This document shows positions 30,371 through 38,514 of a stretch of DNA of 64,000 nt, in pieces; position 1 is the stretch's first letter; each line of letters opens with the position of its first letter. Position numbers and translations under genes: made by a program. This DNA comes from Casimicrobiaceae bacterium. GTDB taxonomy: Bacteria; Pseudomonadota; Gammaproteobacteria; Burkholderiales; Casimicrobiaceae. The stretch spans positions 3,367-67,366 of the forward strand of contig DASPTZ010000093.1 in the NCBI GenBank assembly GCA_035623155.1, written 5' to 3'. A model generated the notes under the pieces. It did not search any database, was not told the DNA's origin, and was given only the letters and a program-made list of their open reading frames with translations.

Positions 30371-31443
30371 TGATCGTGCACTTTTCGCTGCTGCGCGCGG
30401 CCCACGTGTTGGCGATGGCGCTCTTCGTGTCCGGCTGCGCCACGACGCCCGGTCGGTTAAACGAAGCCGCGCCTCCATCCGTGGTCGAACCCGGCTCGGT
30501 GTTGCGGTCGCTCGCGCTGGATCGCTCGGTCGAGGATCGCCTTCTCGCGCTCGACCCCGAACGCATCACCGAACGGGACGTAAGGACGACGCTCGCTCTC
30601 GTGCCGTCGCCGAGGATCATGCTGCTTCACGGCGGTCTCTATCCGACGCATCTGGTCATGGCTACCTTCGCCAGGTTCCTCATCGACCTCGGATATCCCG
30701 AGGCGAAGATCCGAGACCCCGTCGACCGCGAATACTCCTATAGTCCTTACGGTGACAGCTGGAGCAGCGCCGGCGCCATCGCCTGGTACTACGAACACGA
30801 CGGGGTGCGGCCGATGATGATCGGTCACAGCCAGGGCGGCATCCAGGCGATCAAGATCCTCTACGAGCTCGTCGGCTCGTACCGAAAGCAGATCGCGGTC
30901 TGGAATCCCCTCATTGGCTCCGCGGAAGACCGCTTCTCGATCACGGATCCGCTCACGGGCGCGGAACGCCCCGTGGTCGGCGGTGTGTGGGTGTCGTATA
31001 CCTCGGTCGTGGGCGCGGGTGGCGCCGCGCTCATGCTTCCGAACCAGTGGAGCATGATCAGCCGTTTGCACAAGATCCCGGATTCCGTCGAGGATTTCAC
31101 GGGGTTTGCGATTAATGTCGATTTGCTGGCTTGGGACTTCGGCGCGGACAAGGATCAGTACGGCCCGAACGGCACCGCACACGTGCGCAACGTGCAGTTG
31201 CCCGGGACATACAACCACGTGCTCATTCCGCTAACTGAGCGCGTCAAGGACGATCAGCGCATGCGCGACTGGGTCAACGCCTACGTCCCCGGCGCGGAGA
31301 ACCCCGAGCCGCCCGGCCTGACCGAGGGCAAGGCCTACAACGCCTTGTGGACTGCCGACGTCTGGTTCAGCATCAAGAAGCACTGGTGCCTCGAGGCGCA
31401 GCGCCTGGTTCGTGCGAAGAGGGCGCTGCTGGGCAAGAAGTGA
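30370..31443 (+). CDS. Lipoprotein, alpha/beta-hydrolase-like (GHSQGG), paralog B
   Basis: ATG 30370 shares 1 nt with the upstream TGA. Lipobox 'LFVSGC'. 'MIGHSQGGIQA', 'IPDSVEDFTGF' and 'WFSIKKHWCLEAQRLVRA' are shared with paralog A. Confidence 0.7.
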   Translation: MIVHFSLLRAAHVLAMALFVSGCATTPGRLNEAAPPSVVEPGSVLRSLALDRSVEDRLLALDPERITERDVRTTLALVPSPRIMLLHGGLYPTHLVMATFARFLIDLGYPEAKIRDPVDREYSYSPYGDSWSSAGAIAWYYEHDGVRPMMIGHSQGGIQAIKILYELVGSYRKQIAVWNPLIGSAEDRFSITDPLTGAERPVVGGVWVSYTSVVGAGGAALMLPNQWSMISRLHKIPDSVEDFTGFAINVDLLAWDFGADKDQYGPNGTAHVRNVQLPGTYNHVLIPLTERVKDDQRMRDWVNAYVPGAENPEPPGLTEGKAYNALWTADVWFSIKKHWCLEAQRLVRAKRALLGKK

Positions 31444-31582
31444 TGCGCGGGGCAGGAACGTTGCCCCGAAGAGCGGAGCGTGGGAAAATAACAATTTTTC
31501 CGAAGCGCCGCGCGGGCCGCCGGCCCGCGGCCGCCCATCCCGGTGCGCGTGGCTCGGGATAAATCCTCAGGTTCCTCGATCG

Positions 31583-32338
31583 ATGTCAGGCGCCCTCGCC
31601 GGAAAAGTTGCGCTCGTCACTGGCGCGTCGCGCGGCATCGGCCGCGCCGTCGCGCGCAAGCTGGCGTCGGCCGGCTGCGACGTGGCGGTGAACTACTACA
31701 ACAGCCACGACGAGGCGCAGCAGCTGTGCGTCGAGCTGCGCAGCCTGGGCCGCCGCGCCCACGCGGTCCAGGGCAGCGTCGGGGTGCCGGACAGCGTCGA
31801 CGAGATGTTCGCGGAGGTGCGCAAGCACTTCGATCGCATCGACATCGTGGTGAGCAACGCCGCATCGGGCGTGCTCAAGCCGGCGATGGAGATGTCACTC
31901 AAGCACTGGCGCTGGTGCCTGGAGACCAACGCCTTCGCGCTGGATCTGCTCGCGCAGCGGGCGGTACCGCTGATGAAGGACGGTGGCCGCATCATCGCCA
32001 TGTCAAGCCTGGGAGCCCAGCGGGCGATGCCCGACTACGGCTTCATCGGCGCGTCGAAGGCGGCGCTGGAGTCGCTGGCGCGAACGCTGGCGCAGGAGCT
32101 GGGTCCAAGGAACATCCGTGTCAACGTGGTGAGCGCGGGGGTGGTGGACACCGACGCGCTGGCCTACTTTCCCAATCGGGAGCAGCTGCTGGCCAACTTC
32201 GCGCAGCGCGCGCCAGCGGGGCCGGTGCTCACGCCAGACGACGTCGCCGGCGCGGTGTACCTGCTGTGCCTTCCCGAAGCGGCGATGATCAACGGGCACA
32301 CGCTCGTCGTCGACGGCGGCTTCTGCATATCGGGATGA
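31583..32338 (+). CDS. Enoyl-[ACP] reductase, FabL-like SDR
   Basis: 'VTGASRGIGRA'. Y-x6-K spacing 'PDYGFIGASKAALE', as in enoyl reductases, unlike the Y-x3-K of FabG. 'NAASGVLKPAMEMSLKHW' and 'DTDALAYFPNREQL' resemble B. subtilis FabL as I recall it. Confidence 0.7.
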   Translation: MSGALAGKVALVTGASRGIGRAVARKLASAGCDVAVNYYNSHDEAQQLCVELRSLGRRAHAVQGSVGVPDSVDEMFAEVRKHFDRIDIVVSNAASGVLKPAMEMSLKHWRWCLETNAFALDLLAQRAVPLMKDGGRIIAMSSLGAQRAMPDYGFIGASKAALESLARTLAQELGPRNIRVNVVSAGVVDTDALAYFPNREQLLANFAQRAPAGPVLTPDDVAGAVYLLCLPEAAMINGHTLVVDGGFCISG

Positions 32339-33105
32339 GCACGCCGATGCTCGTCGATTCCGGGCTCGCCGGCAAGGTCGCGATCGTGACCGGCGGCAGC
32401 CGCGGCATAGGCCGCGCCATCGTCGAGCTGCTGGCAGACGAGGGCGCCGACGTCACCTTCTTCTATCGGGGCAACGCAACCGCCGCGGCGGAGGTCGTCA
32501 CTGGCGGCCGTGCGGCGGGGCACAGCGTCGCTTCGGAGCAGGTCGATGTGCGCGACGCGAAGGCATGCGCGAGCGCCGTCGAGCGCGTCGCGGATCGCGC
32601 GGGGCGCGTCGACATCCTGGTGAACAACGCGGGGCTGATCCGCGACAACCAGCTCGCGGCGATGGAAGACGAGGACGTCGAGCTGGTCCTCGACACCAAC
32701 GTCGGCGGCGTGTTCAACATGACGCGCGCGGTCGTGCCGCATATGATCGTGCAGCGCTCGGGCAAGATCATCAATGTATCGTCGGTTGCGGGAGAGAAGG
32801 GCGGGCGCGGGCAGACCAACTACGCGGCGAGCAAGGGGGCGATCAATGCGTTCACGCGTTCGCTGGCGGTGGAGCTGGCACCGCGAAACGTGACCGTGAA
32901 CTGTGTCGCTCCTGGCGTTATCGACACCGAAATGTCGCAAGCGGTTCGCGACATGGCCGGAAACGAGGTAACTTCGCGCATCCTGCTCAAGCGCTACGGC
33001 AAGCCGCAGGAAGTAGCGTACGCGGTATGCTTTCTGGCTTCGCGCTACGCCGATTACATCACAGGACAGGTTTTCGCCGTCGACGGCGGCTTCAAGATGG
33101 AGTGA
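32335..33105 (+). CDS. fabG: 3-oxoacyl-[ACP] reductase
   Basis: ATGA overlap. 'VTGGSRGIGRA', 'NNAGLIRD', 'NYAASKGAINAFTRSLA' and 'VNCVAPGVIDTEM'. Confidence 0.85.
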   Translation: MSTPMLVDSGLAGKVAIVTGGSRGIGRAIVELLADEGADVTFFYRGNATAAAEVVTGGRAAGHSVASEQVDVRDAKACASAVERVADRAGRVDILVNNAGLIRDNQLAAMEDEDVELVLDTNVGGVFNMTRAVVPHMIVQRSGKIINVSSVAGEKGGRGQTNYAASKGAINAFTRSLAVELAPRNVTVNCVAPGVIDTEMSQAVRDMAGNEVTSRILLKRYGKPQEVAYAVCFLASRYADYITGQVFAVDGGFKME

Positions 33106-33110
33106 GGGAA

Positions 33111-33533
33111 ATGGGGCAAAACGACATCACCAAGGACGAGATCATGGCGGTCTATCCCAAGGTCGCCGAAACCATGGCCGACGCGCTCGGCTGCGACGTC
33201 GAGGACGTGAAGCTCGACGTGTCGCTGATCGAGGGGCTGGACGCGGAATCGATCGATTTCCTGGACATGGTCTTTCGCCTCGAGCGTGCGTTCAAGATCA
33301 AGATTCCGCGCGGGAAGATCGTCGAGAATGCCCGCGGCGATTTGCCCGAAGCCGAATTCGAGCAGAAGGGCATCGTCACCGACAAGGGCCTGGCGCAGCT
33401 CAAGGCCTATCTTTCCGAGATTCCCGCGGAGCGTTTCAAGACGCCGATGAAGGTCGCCGACATTCCGCGCCTTTTCACGCCGGAAACCTTCTGCAAGCTG
33501 GTCGTTCGCGCGCAGAAGGAGGCGGCGGCGTGA
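33111..33533 (+). CDS. Acyl carrier protein, atypically long (140 aa)
   Basis: ATG 33111. Phosphopantetheine-site region 'IEGLDAESIDFLDMVFRLERAF'. About 60 extra C-terminal residues. Confidence 0.75.
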   Translation: MGQNDITKDEIMAVYPKVAETMADALGCDVEDVKLDVSLIEGLDAESIDFLDMVFRLERAFKIKIPRGKIVENARGDLPEAEFEQKGIVTDKGLAQLKAYLSEIPAERFKTPMKVADIPRLFTPETFCKLVVRAQKEAAA

Positions 33534-33708
33534 GCAGGGAGCAGGGACCCGCGAAGCGGGATGCGACCGGCAGCGAATCGCCGCCTGCCGCCGACACGCT
33601 AGCGGGCCGTGCATTGCAGCCGATGCAAGGAGGCGGCGGCGTGAGCAGGGAGCAGGGACCCGCGAAGCGGGATGCGACCGGCAGCGAATCGCCGCCTGCC
33701 GCCGACAC
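33516..33708 (+). repeat. 82-nt perfect direct repeat (copies 33516-33597 and 33627-33708, 111 nt apart) duplicating the RBS/stop/start junction
   Basis: Both copies read aaggaggcggcggcgtgagcagggagcagggacccgcgaagcgggatgcgaccggcagcgaatcgccgcctgccgccgacac, compared base by base. Confidence 0.95.
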
Positions 33709-34552
33709 ACTGGCGGAGCATTTCGCGGCGTTCTCCTTCGTCGATCGCATCACCGAGCTCGAGCCGGCGAAGCGGGCGCGCGGGGTGTTCGCGATTCCTT
33801 CCGGCATCGGCGAGTTTCCGCGATGCCTCATTGCCGAAGCGGTGGGCCAGCTCGCGGCGTGGGTGTCGATGAGCGCGATCGAATATCGGGGGCGTCCGGT
33901 GGCGGCGCTCGCCGCAGAGACGCGCTTCTTCGGAGACGTTCGACCCGGCGAGACTCTCTCGCTTGGAGTCGAGATCGACAGCTGCGACGACGAGGCCGTT
34001 GCCTATGGCGGGTGGGCCAACGTAGGCGGCAAGCGCGTCCTCGAGCTCGCGCATTGCCTGGGGCCAATGCTGCCCGCAGCCGACTTCGACGCCCCCGAGG
34101 CGCTCCGCGAGCGCTTCGCGCTGCTCTGCGGCGCCGGTGCGCCGGCGGGGCGCTTTCACGGCGTGCAGCTTCCCACGCCCGAGGTGATCCGGCACGAGCC
34201 GGGCCGGTCGATCGCTGCGAGGCTGCAGGTGCCGGCGGCGGCGCCGTTCTTTGCTGATCATTTTCCGCGAAGGCCGGTGTTTCCAGCGACGCTTCTGCTC
34301 GATGCGCAGATCCGTCTGGCGACGCGACTCGTTCGCGAAGCGTCGACTGGCGGCGAGGGCGAGCTCGGCCTGCAGCGCATGACCAACGTCAAGGTGCGTT
34401 CCTTCACCCCGCCAGGCCAGGCACTCGAGCTCGGAGCCGAAGCGACCGTGCGCAACGACGGGCTGCGTGTCGCGCTGTCGGCGAGCGCCGCGGGCAAATC
34501 TGTCGCCACTGCGCGCGTCGAGTTCGGCCGCGCCACGGTGTTCGCCTCATGA
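33530..34552 (+). CDS. Double hot-dog fold (3R)-hydroxyacyl-ACP dehydratase (FabA/FabZ-like)
   Basis: GTG 33530 (GTGA overlap with the ACP stop). An identical alternative RBS+GTG lies at 33641 in repeat copy 2. Catalytic motif 'FFADHFPRRPVFPATLLLDA' sits in the second hot-dog. Confidence 0.75.
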   Translation: MSREQGPAKRDATGSESPPAADTLAGRALQPMQGGGGVSREQGPAKRDATGSESPPAADTLAEHFAAFSFVDRITELEPAKRARGVFAIPSGIGEFPRCLIAEAVGQLAAWVSMSAIEYRGRPVAALAAETRFFGDVRPGETLSLGVEIDSCDDEAVAYGGWANVGGKRVLELAHCLGPMLPAADFDAPEALRERFALLCGAGAPAGRFHGVQLPTPEVIRHEPGRSIAARLQVPAAAPFFADHFPRRPVFPATLLLDAQIRLATRLVREASTGGEGELGLQRMTNVKVRSFTPPGQALELGAEATVRNDGLRVALSASAAGKSVATARVEFGRATVFAS

Positions 34553-35865
34553 GCTCCGCACGGCGCCGGGTCGCGATCACAGGCTTGGGGCTGGTGACGC
34601 CAGTCGGCAACGACGTCGCCACCAGTTGGGCTGGGTTGCTTCACGGCCGCAGCGGCGTCGCCTCGATCAGCTTGTTCGACGCGAGCGGCTTCAGCACCCG
34701 CATCGCCGCCGAAGTGAAGAACTTCAGCGATAAGGCCATAACCGCCGAGCGCAAGCTGCTCAAATTGGCGGGCCGCTCGCATCGCTTTGCGCTGGCCGCG
34801 GCCGAGCAAGCTTTTCGCGACGCGGGTATCGCACCCACGCCAGAGAATGCTCATCGCTGGGGTTGCTCGGTCGGAACCGGCATGATGGGTGTGGCCTACG
34901 AGGATCTCGCGGCGATCCAGCGGCACTCGGCGGCCGACGGCGAGCTGCACCCCGATCGGCTGCTGGACGATGACGCCGCCAACGATCCGCTGGTGTTTTG
35001 CCGCAGCCAGTCGACAACAGGCGTGTCTTTGCTCACCAGACGCTTCGGGATCTGCGGCTACGCGACCTCGGTCCACACGGCTTGCGCTTCAGGCGGGCAG
35101 GCGATCGGCACCGCGCTCAAGATCATTCGCCGCGGCAATGCCGACTACGCGCTCGCCGGCGGCTTCGACTCGATGGTGAGCCCCGTCGGCTTGGCCGGCT
35201 TCTGCCTGCTCTCCGCGGTCTCGGCGGACAACGACACGCCCGAGCGCGCGAGCCGTCCCTTCGACCGCACGCGCAACGGCTTCGTGTTGGGCGAGGGCGC
35301 CGGCTTTCTGGTCCTCGAGGAATGGGAGTCCGCCCGGCGCCGCGGCGCTCGCATCTACGCCGAGCTGGCGGGCGACGGGAACTCGCTTTCCTCCTACCGC
35401 ATCACCGATTCTCCTCCCGACGGCGACGGGCCCATCCAGTCCATGCGCGCGGCGCTCGCCGACGCCGGCGCATCGCCGGCGGACGTCGACTACATCAATG
35501 CCCACGGCACCTCGACCTTCATGAACGACAAGAGCGAGTCGGCGGCGATTCATGTTGTCTTTGGCCAGAAGACCGATCGCGTCTCGGTGAGCTCGACCAA
35601 GAGCACCATGGGACATCTCATTGCCGCGGCCGGCGCGGTCGAGGTCGTCGCCTGCGCGCTCGCGATCCATCACGGCGAGATGCCCGTCAACGCCAATCTG
35701 CTCGAGCGCGATCCGGATTGCGACTTGAACCTGGTCGTCGGCGGGCCGCAACAAAGGCGGCTGCGCATGACGCTGTCCAACTCCTTCGGCTTCGGCGGCT
35801 CCAACAGTTGCGTCGCGCTGCGCGACCCCGAGGAAGTAGATGGCGCCGGTGCGACGCGCGCCTGA
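34549..35865 (+). CDS. Beta-ketoacyl-[ACP] synthase (KAS I/II family)
   Basis: ATGA overlap. 'VAITGLGLVTPVG', active-site 'HTACASGGQA', 'NAHGTSTFMND' and 'SSTKSTMGHLIAAAG'. Confidence 0.85.
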   Translation: MSSARRRVAITGLGLVTPVGNDVATSWAGLLHGRSGVASISLFDASGFSTRIAAEVKNFSDKAITAERKLLKLAGRSHRFALAAAEQAFRDAGIAPTPENAHRWGCSVGTGMMGVAYEDLAAIQRHSAADGELHPDRLLDDDAANDPLVFCRSQSTTGVSLLTRRFGICGYATSVHTACASGGQAIGTALKIIRRGNADYALAGGFDSMVSPVGLAGFCLLSAVSADNDTPERASRPFDRTRNGFVLGEGAGFLVLEEWESARRRGARIYAELAGDGNSLSSYRITDSPPDGDGPIQSMRAALADAGASPADVDYINAHGTSTFMNDKSESAAIHVVFGQKTDRVSVSSTKSTMGHLIAAAGAVEVVACALAIHHGEMPVNANLLERDPDCDLNLVVGGPQQRRLRMTLSNSFGFGGSNSCVALRDPEEVDGAGATRA

Positions 35866-35881
35866 GTTGTCATAGTCTCGC

Positions 35882-37156
35882 ATGGCTGGCGAACGAGTCC
35901 TGATCACCGGCTCCGGTGCAGTCTGCGGCTCGGGCACCTCTCCGGACGCGATCATCTCGGCGGTGCGCGCGGGACGCTCGGCCATCGGCACGATCCGGCA
36001 ATGGGACACGAGCGGGTGGCCGGTCACCATCGCTGCGGAGATGCCTGACTTCAATCCGCGGGCTCTGGTCGAGGATCGCAAGCTGCACAAGTTCATTCGC
36101 CGCACCGACATGTTCGGCATTTACGCCGGCAGCCAGGCGGTCGACGCGGCAGGTTTCAGCGCTTACCGCGACTCGCTCGACGCGACCACCGCCGCGCAGT
36201 TCTCGGATCGCAGCGGTGTGTACGTCGGCTCCGGCGGCGGCGCCTACAACACGCAGTACGAGTATTTCCCGCTGATGAGCGAGGCCCATGGAGATATGGG
36301 GGCGTTCGGCCGCGATCTCGCCAGCGTGGTGAATCCCATGTGGCTGCTGCGCACGCTGCCCAACAACGTGCTCTGCCACGTCGGGATCAAGTACAACCTG
36401 AAGGGCGCGAACGCCTGCATTACCAATCACAGCTGTGGCGGCACGCTGGCCGTGATCGAGGCGGCCGAGGCGCTGCGTGAGGGCGAGGCCGATCGCGCGG
36501 TGGCCGTCGGCCACGACGCGCTCATCGAGCCGCAGATGGTGCTCTACTATCACCAGTGCGGATTGCTTGCGCAGGACACGATCCGTCCATTCGACGCGCG
36601 ACGCAGCGGCAGCGTCTTCGGCGAGGGGGCGGGGGCGCTTACGCTGGAAACCGAGGGCTCGGCGAAGGAGCGCAACGCCAAGGTGATCGGTGAGGTGCTC
36701 GGCGGCGGCTACGCCGCGGAGGCGCTGGGTCTGCTCGCGATCCGCGACGATGGCGACGGGCTCGAGCGCGCGATTCGCCAGGCTCTCGCCGGCGCAGGGC
36801 TCGCGCCGGCTGACATCGGCATGATCGTCACCCATGGCAACGGCACGCCGCAATCCGATGCGTCCGAAGCTGCCGCCATCCGCAACGTCTTCGGCGGCGA
36901 CGCGCCGCCGGCCACCGCATTCAAGTGGTCGATCGGGCACCTGATCGCCGGTGCTGGCATCGTCGAGACCGTGCTGGCGCTTGGCTGCCTGCGCCAAGGC
37001 GTCGTTCCGGGCGTGGCAACGCTGGAGGAGCCCGATCCGGTGTGCGAAGGCGTGCGTGTCACGAAGGCCGAGCAACAGCCGCGCAGCGACACCGCAATCA
37101 TCCTCTGCCGCGGCTTTGCTGGCACCAACGCGGCGCTCATCGTCCGTTCGGTTTGA
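35882..37156 (+). CDS. Beta-ketoacyl-[ACP] synthase paralog (divergent; Cys and both His retained)
   Basis: 'VLITGSGAVCGSG', 'ITNHSCGGTLA', 'THGNGTPQSD' and 'KWSIGHLIAGAG'. Confidence 0.75.
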   Translation: MAGERVLITGSGAVCGSGTSPDAIISAVRAGRSAIGTIRQWDTSGWPVTIAAEMPDFNPRALVEDRKLHKFIRRTDMFGIYAGSQAVDAAGFSAYRDSLDATTAAQFSDRSGVYVGSGGGAYNTQYEYFPLMSEAHGDMGAFGRDLASVVNPMWLLRTLPNNVLCHVGIKYNLKGANACITNHSCGGTLAVIEAAEALREGEADRAVAVGHDALIEPQMVLYYHQCGLLAQDTIRPFDARRSGSVFGEGAGALTLETEGSAKERNAKVIGEVLGGGYAAEALGLLAIRDDGDGLERAIRQALAGAGLAPADIGMIVTHGNGTPQSDASEAAAIRNVFGGDAPPATAFKWSIGHLIAGAGIVETVLALGCLRQGVVPGVATLEEPDPVCEGVRVTKAEQQPRSDTAIILCRGFAGTNAALIVRSV

Positions 37157-37160
37157 CCCG

Positions 37161-38414
37161 ATGCATGCCGCCGAACCGGCAGCCGGCGAGGCGACGCGTT
37201 GCGGCATCGACACCGTCGAAATCGTGCGCATAGAGCGGTTGCTTGCCGACGCCGCTCCCGACGAGTTGACCAAGATCTTCTCGGCGCAAGAAATACTAGA
37301 CAGCGGCGAGGGACCGGGACGGGCGGCGAGCCTGGCGGCGCGCTTCGCCGCCAAGGAGGCGTGCGCCAAGCTCTTTCCGCGCGAGCTTGCGCTGGGGCTG
37401 ATCGAGCAGGCGGACTTCTCGGTCGTGCGCGATGCCTACGGCGCGCCGCAGGTCGCATGCACACCGGGAGCGCAAGCGGTGCTCGACCAGCAGCGAATCC
37501 GGTCGATCGCCGTTTCGCTGACTCACGACCGCGTCAGCGCATCGGCGGTGGCGCTGGCACTGCCGGCGCAGGCTCACGTTGCATTCGCGGGCAAGCTCCT
37601 TTTCTACGCGCTGCCGGTGCGCCGCGCGGTGATCCTCGACAACCTGCGCCTCGTGTTCGGCGCGGCGGTGCCCGAGGCCGAGGTGAGGCGCCTTGCGCAG
37701 GCGCATTATGGGCACCTGTGGCGGCTCTTCTGCGAATTCCTGCGTTTCCGCTGGCTTTCCTCGGCTCGGCAGGCGGCGATCGTGAGCACCGAAGTCGACG
37801 CACTGAGCCGGGCCCTCGCTCTGCGCAAAGGCGTGCTGGTTCTCACCGGGCACTTCGGCAATTTCGAGGTTGCGACCATCGCCGGGCTCGCCAACTTTCC
37901 GCAAATGCACGGACGGATACACTTCGTGCGCCGGGCGATCAAGCCGCGCTGGCTCGATGCGATGGTTACGCGGCGCTTCAGGCGTGCAGGCTTCGGGGTG
38001 ATGGCCAAGCGCGGCTCGCTCGATGCGATCCTAGAGCGCCTCGCCGCCGGAGACGTGATCGTCTTCCCTTTCGATCAGCACGCGAGCCCGCCGGACGGCA
38101 TCGAGGTGGATTTCTTCGGGCATCCGGCGTGGACCTTCAAGAGTCTCGCCATTATCGCGCTCGCCACCGGAGCGCCCGTGCTGCCGGCAGCGAGCTGGCG
38201 CGAACCCGACGGACGGCACGTGCTGCGTTTCGAGGAGGCGCTGCCGCTGATCGAGTGCGAAAATGCGAACGAGGAGATTCGGCGCAACACGCGCTCGTAC
38301 AACGCAGCGCTGGAGCGGCTCGTGCTCCGCCATCCCGAGCAATGGTTCTGGGTGCATCGACGGTGGAAGCGCGTCGCCCGCAGCGGAGCCTCGGCAAAGT
38401 CGACACGCTCGTAG
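37161..38414 (+). CDS. Fusion protein: AcpS-type 4'-phosphopantetheinyl transferase + LpxL/HtrB-family (LPLAT) acyltransferase
   Basis: N-terminal part: 'GIDTVEIVRIERL', 'ARFAAKEACAKL' and 'VSLTHDR' (AcpS). C-terminal part: 'LTGHFGNFE' (H-x4-E) and 'HPEQWFWVHRRWK' (LpxL-family tail). Confidence 0.75.
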   Translation: MHAAEPAAGEATRCGIDTVEIVRIERLLADAAPDELTKIFSAQEILDSGEGPGRAASLAARFAAKEACAKLFPRELALGLIEQADFSVVRDAYGAPQVACTPGAQAVLDQQRIRSIAVSLTHDRVSASAVALALPAQAHVAFAGKLLFYALPVRRAVILDNLRLVFGAAVPEAEVRRLAQAHYGHLWRLFCEFLRFRWLSSARQAAIVSTEVDALSRALALRKGVLVLTGHFGNFEVATIAGLANFPQMHGRIHFVRRAIKPRWLDAMVTRRFRRAGFGVMAKRGSLDAILERLAAGDVIVFPFDQHASPPDGIEVDFFGHPAWTFKSLAIIALATGAPVLPAASWREPDGRHVLRFEEALPLIECENANEEIRRNTRSYNAALERLVLRHPEQWFWVHRRWKRVARSGASAKSTRS

Positions 38415-38514
38415 GATCCCAGTTTAAGTGTGGGCAGGTGCTTGGAGAGAGCCGCATGGGCGGCGTTCTGGCATATGATGCGAATTCGCGCGTGAGCGGC
38501 AGGAGGAGTGCGAC

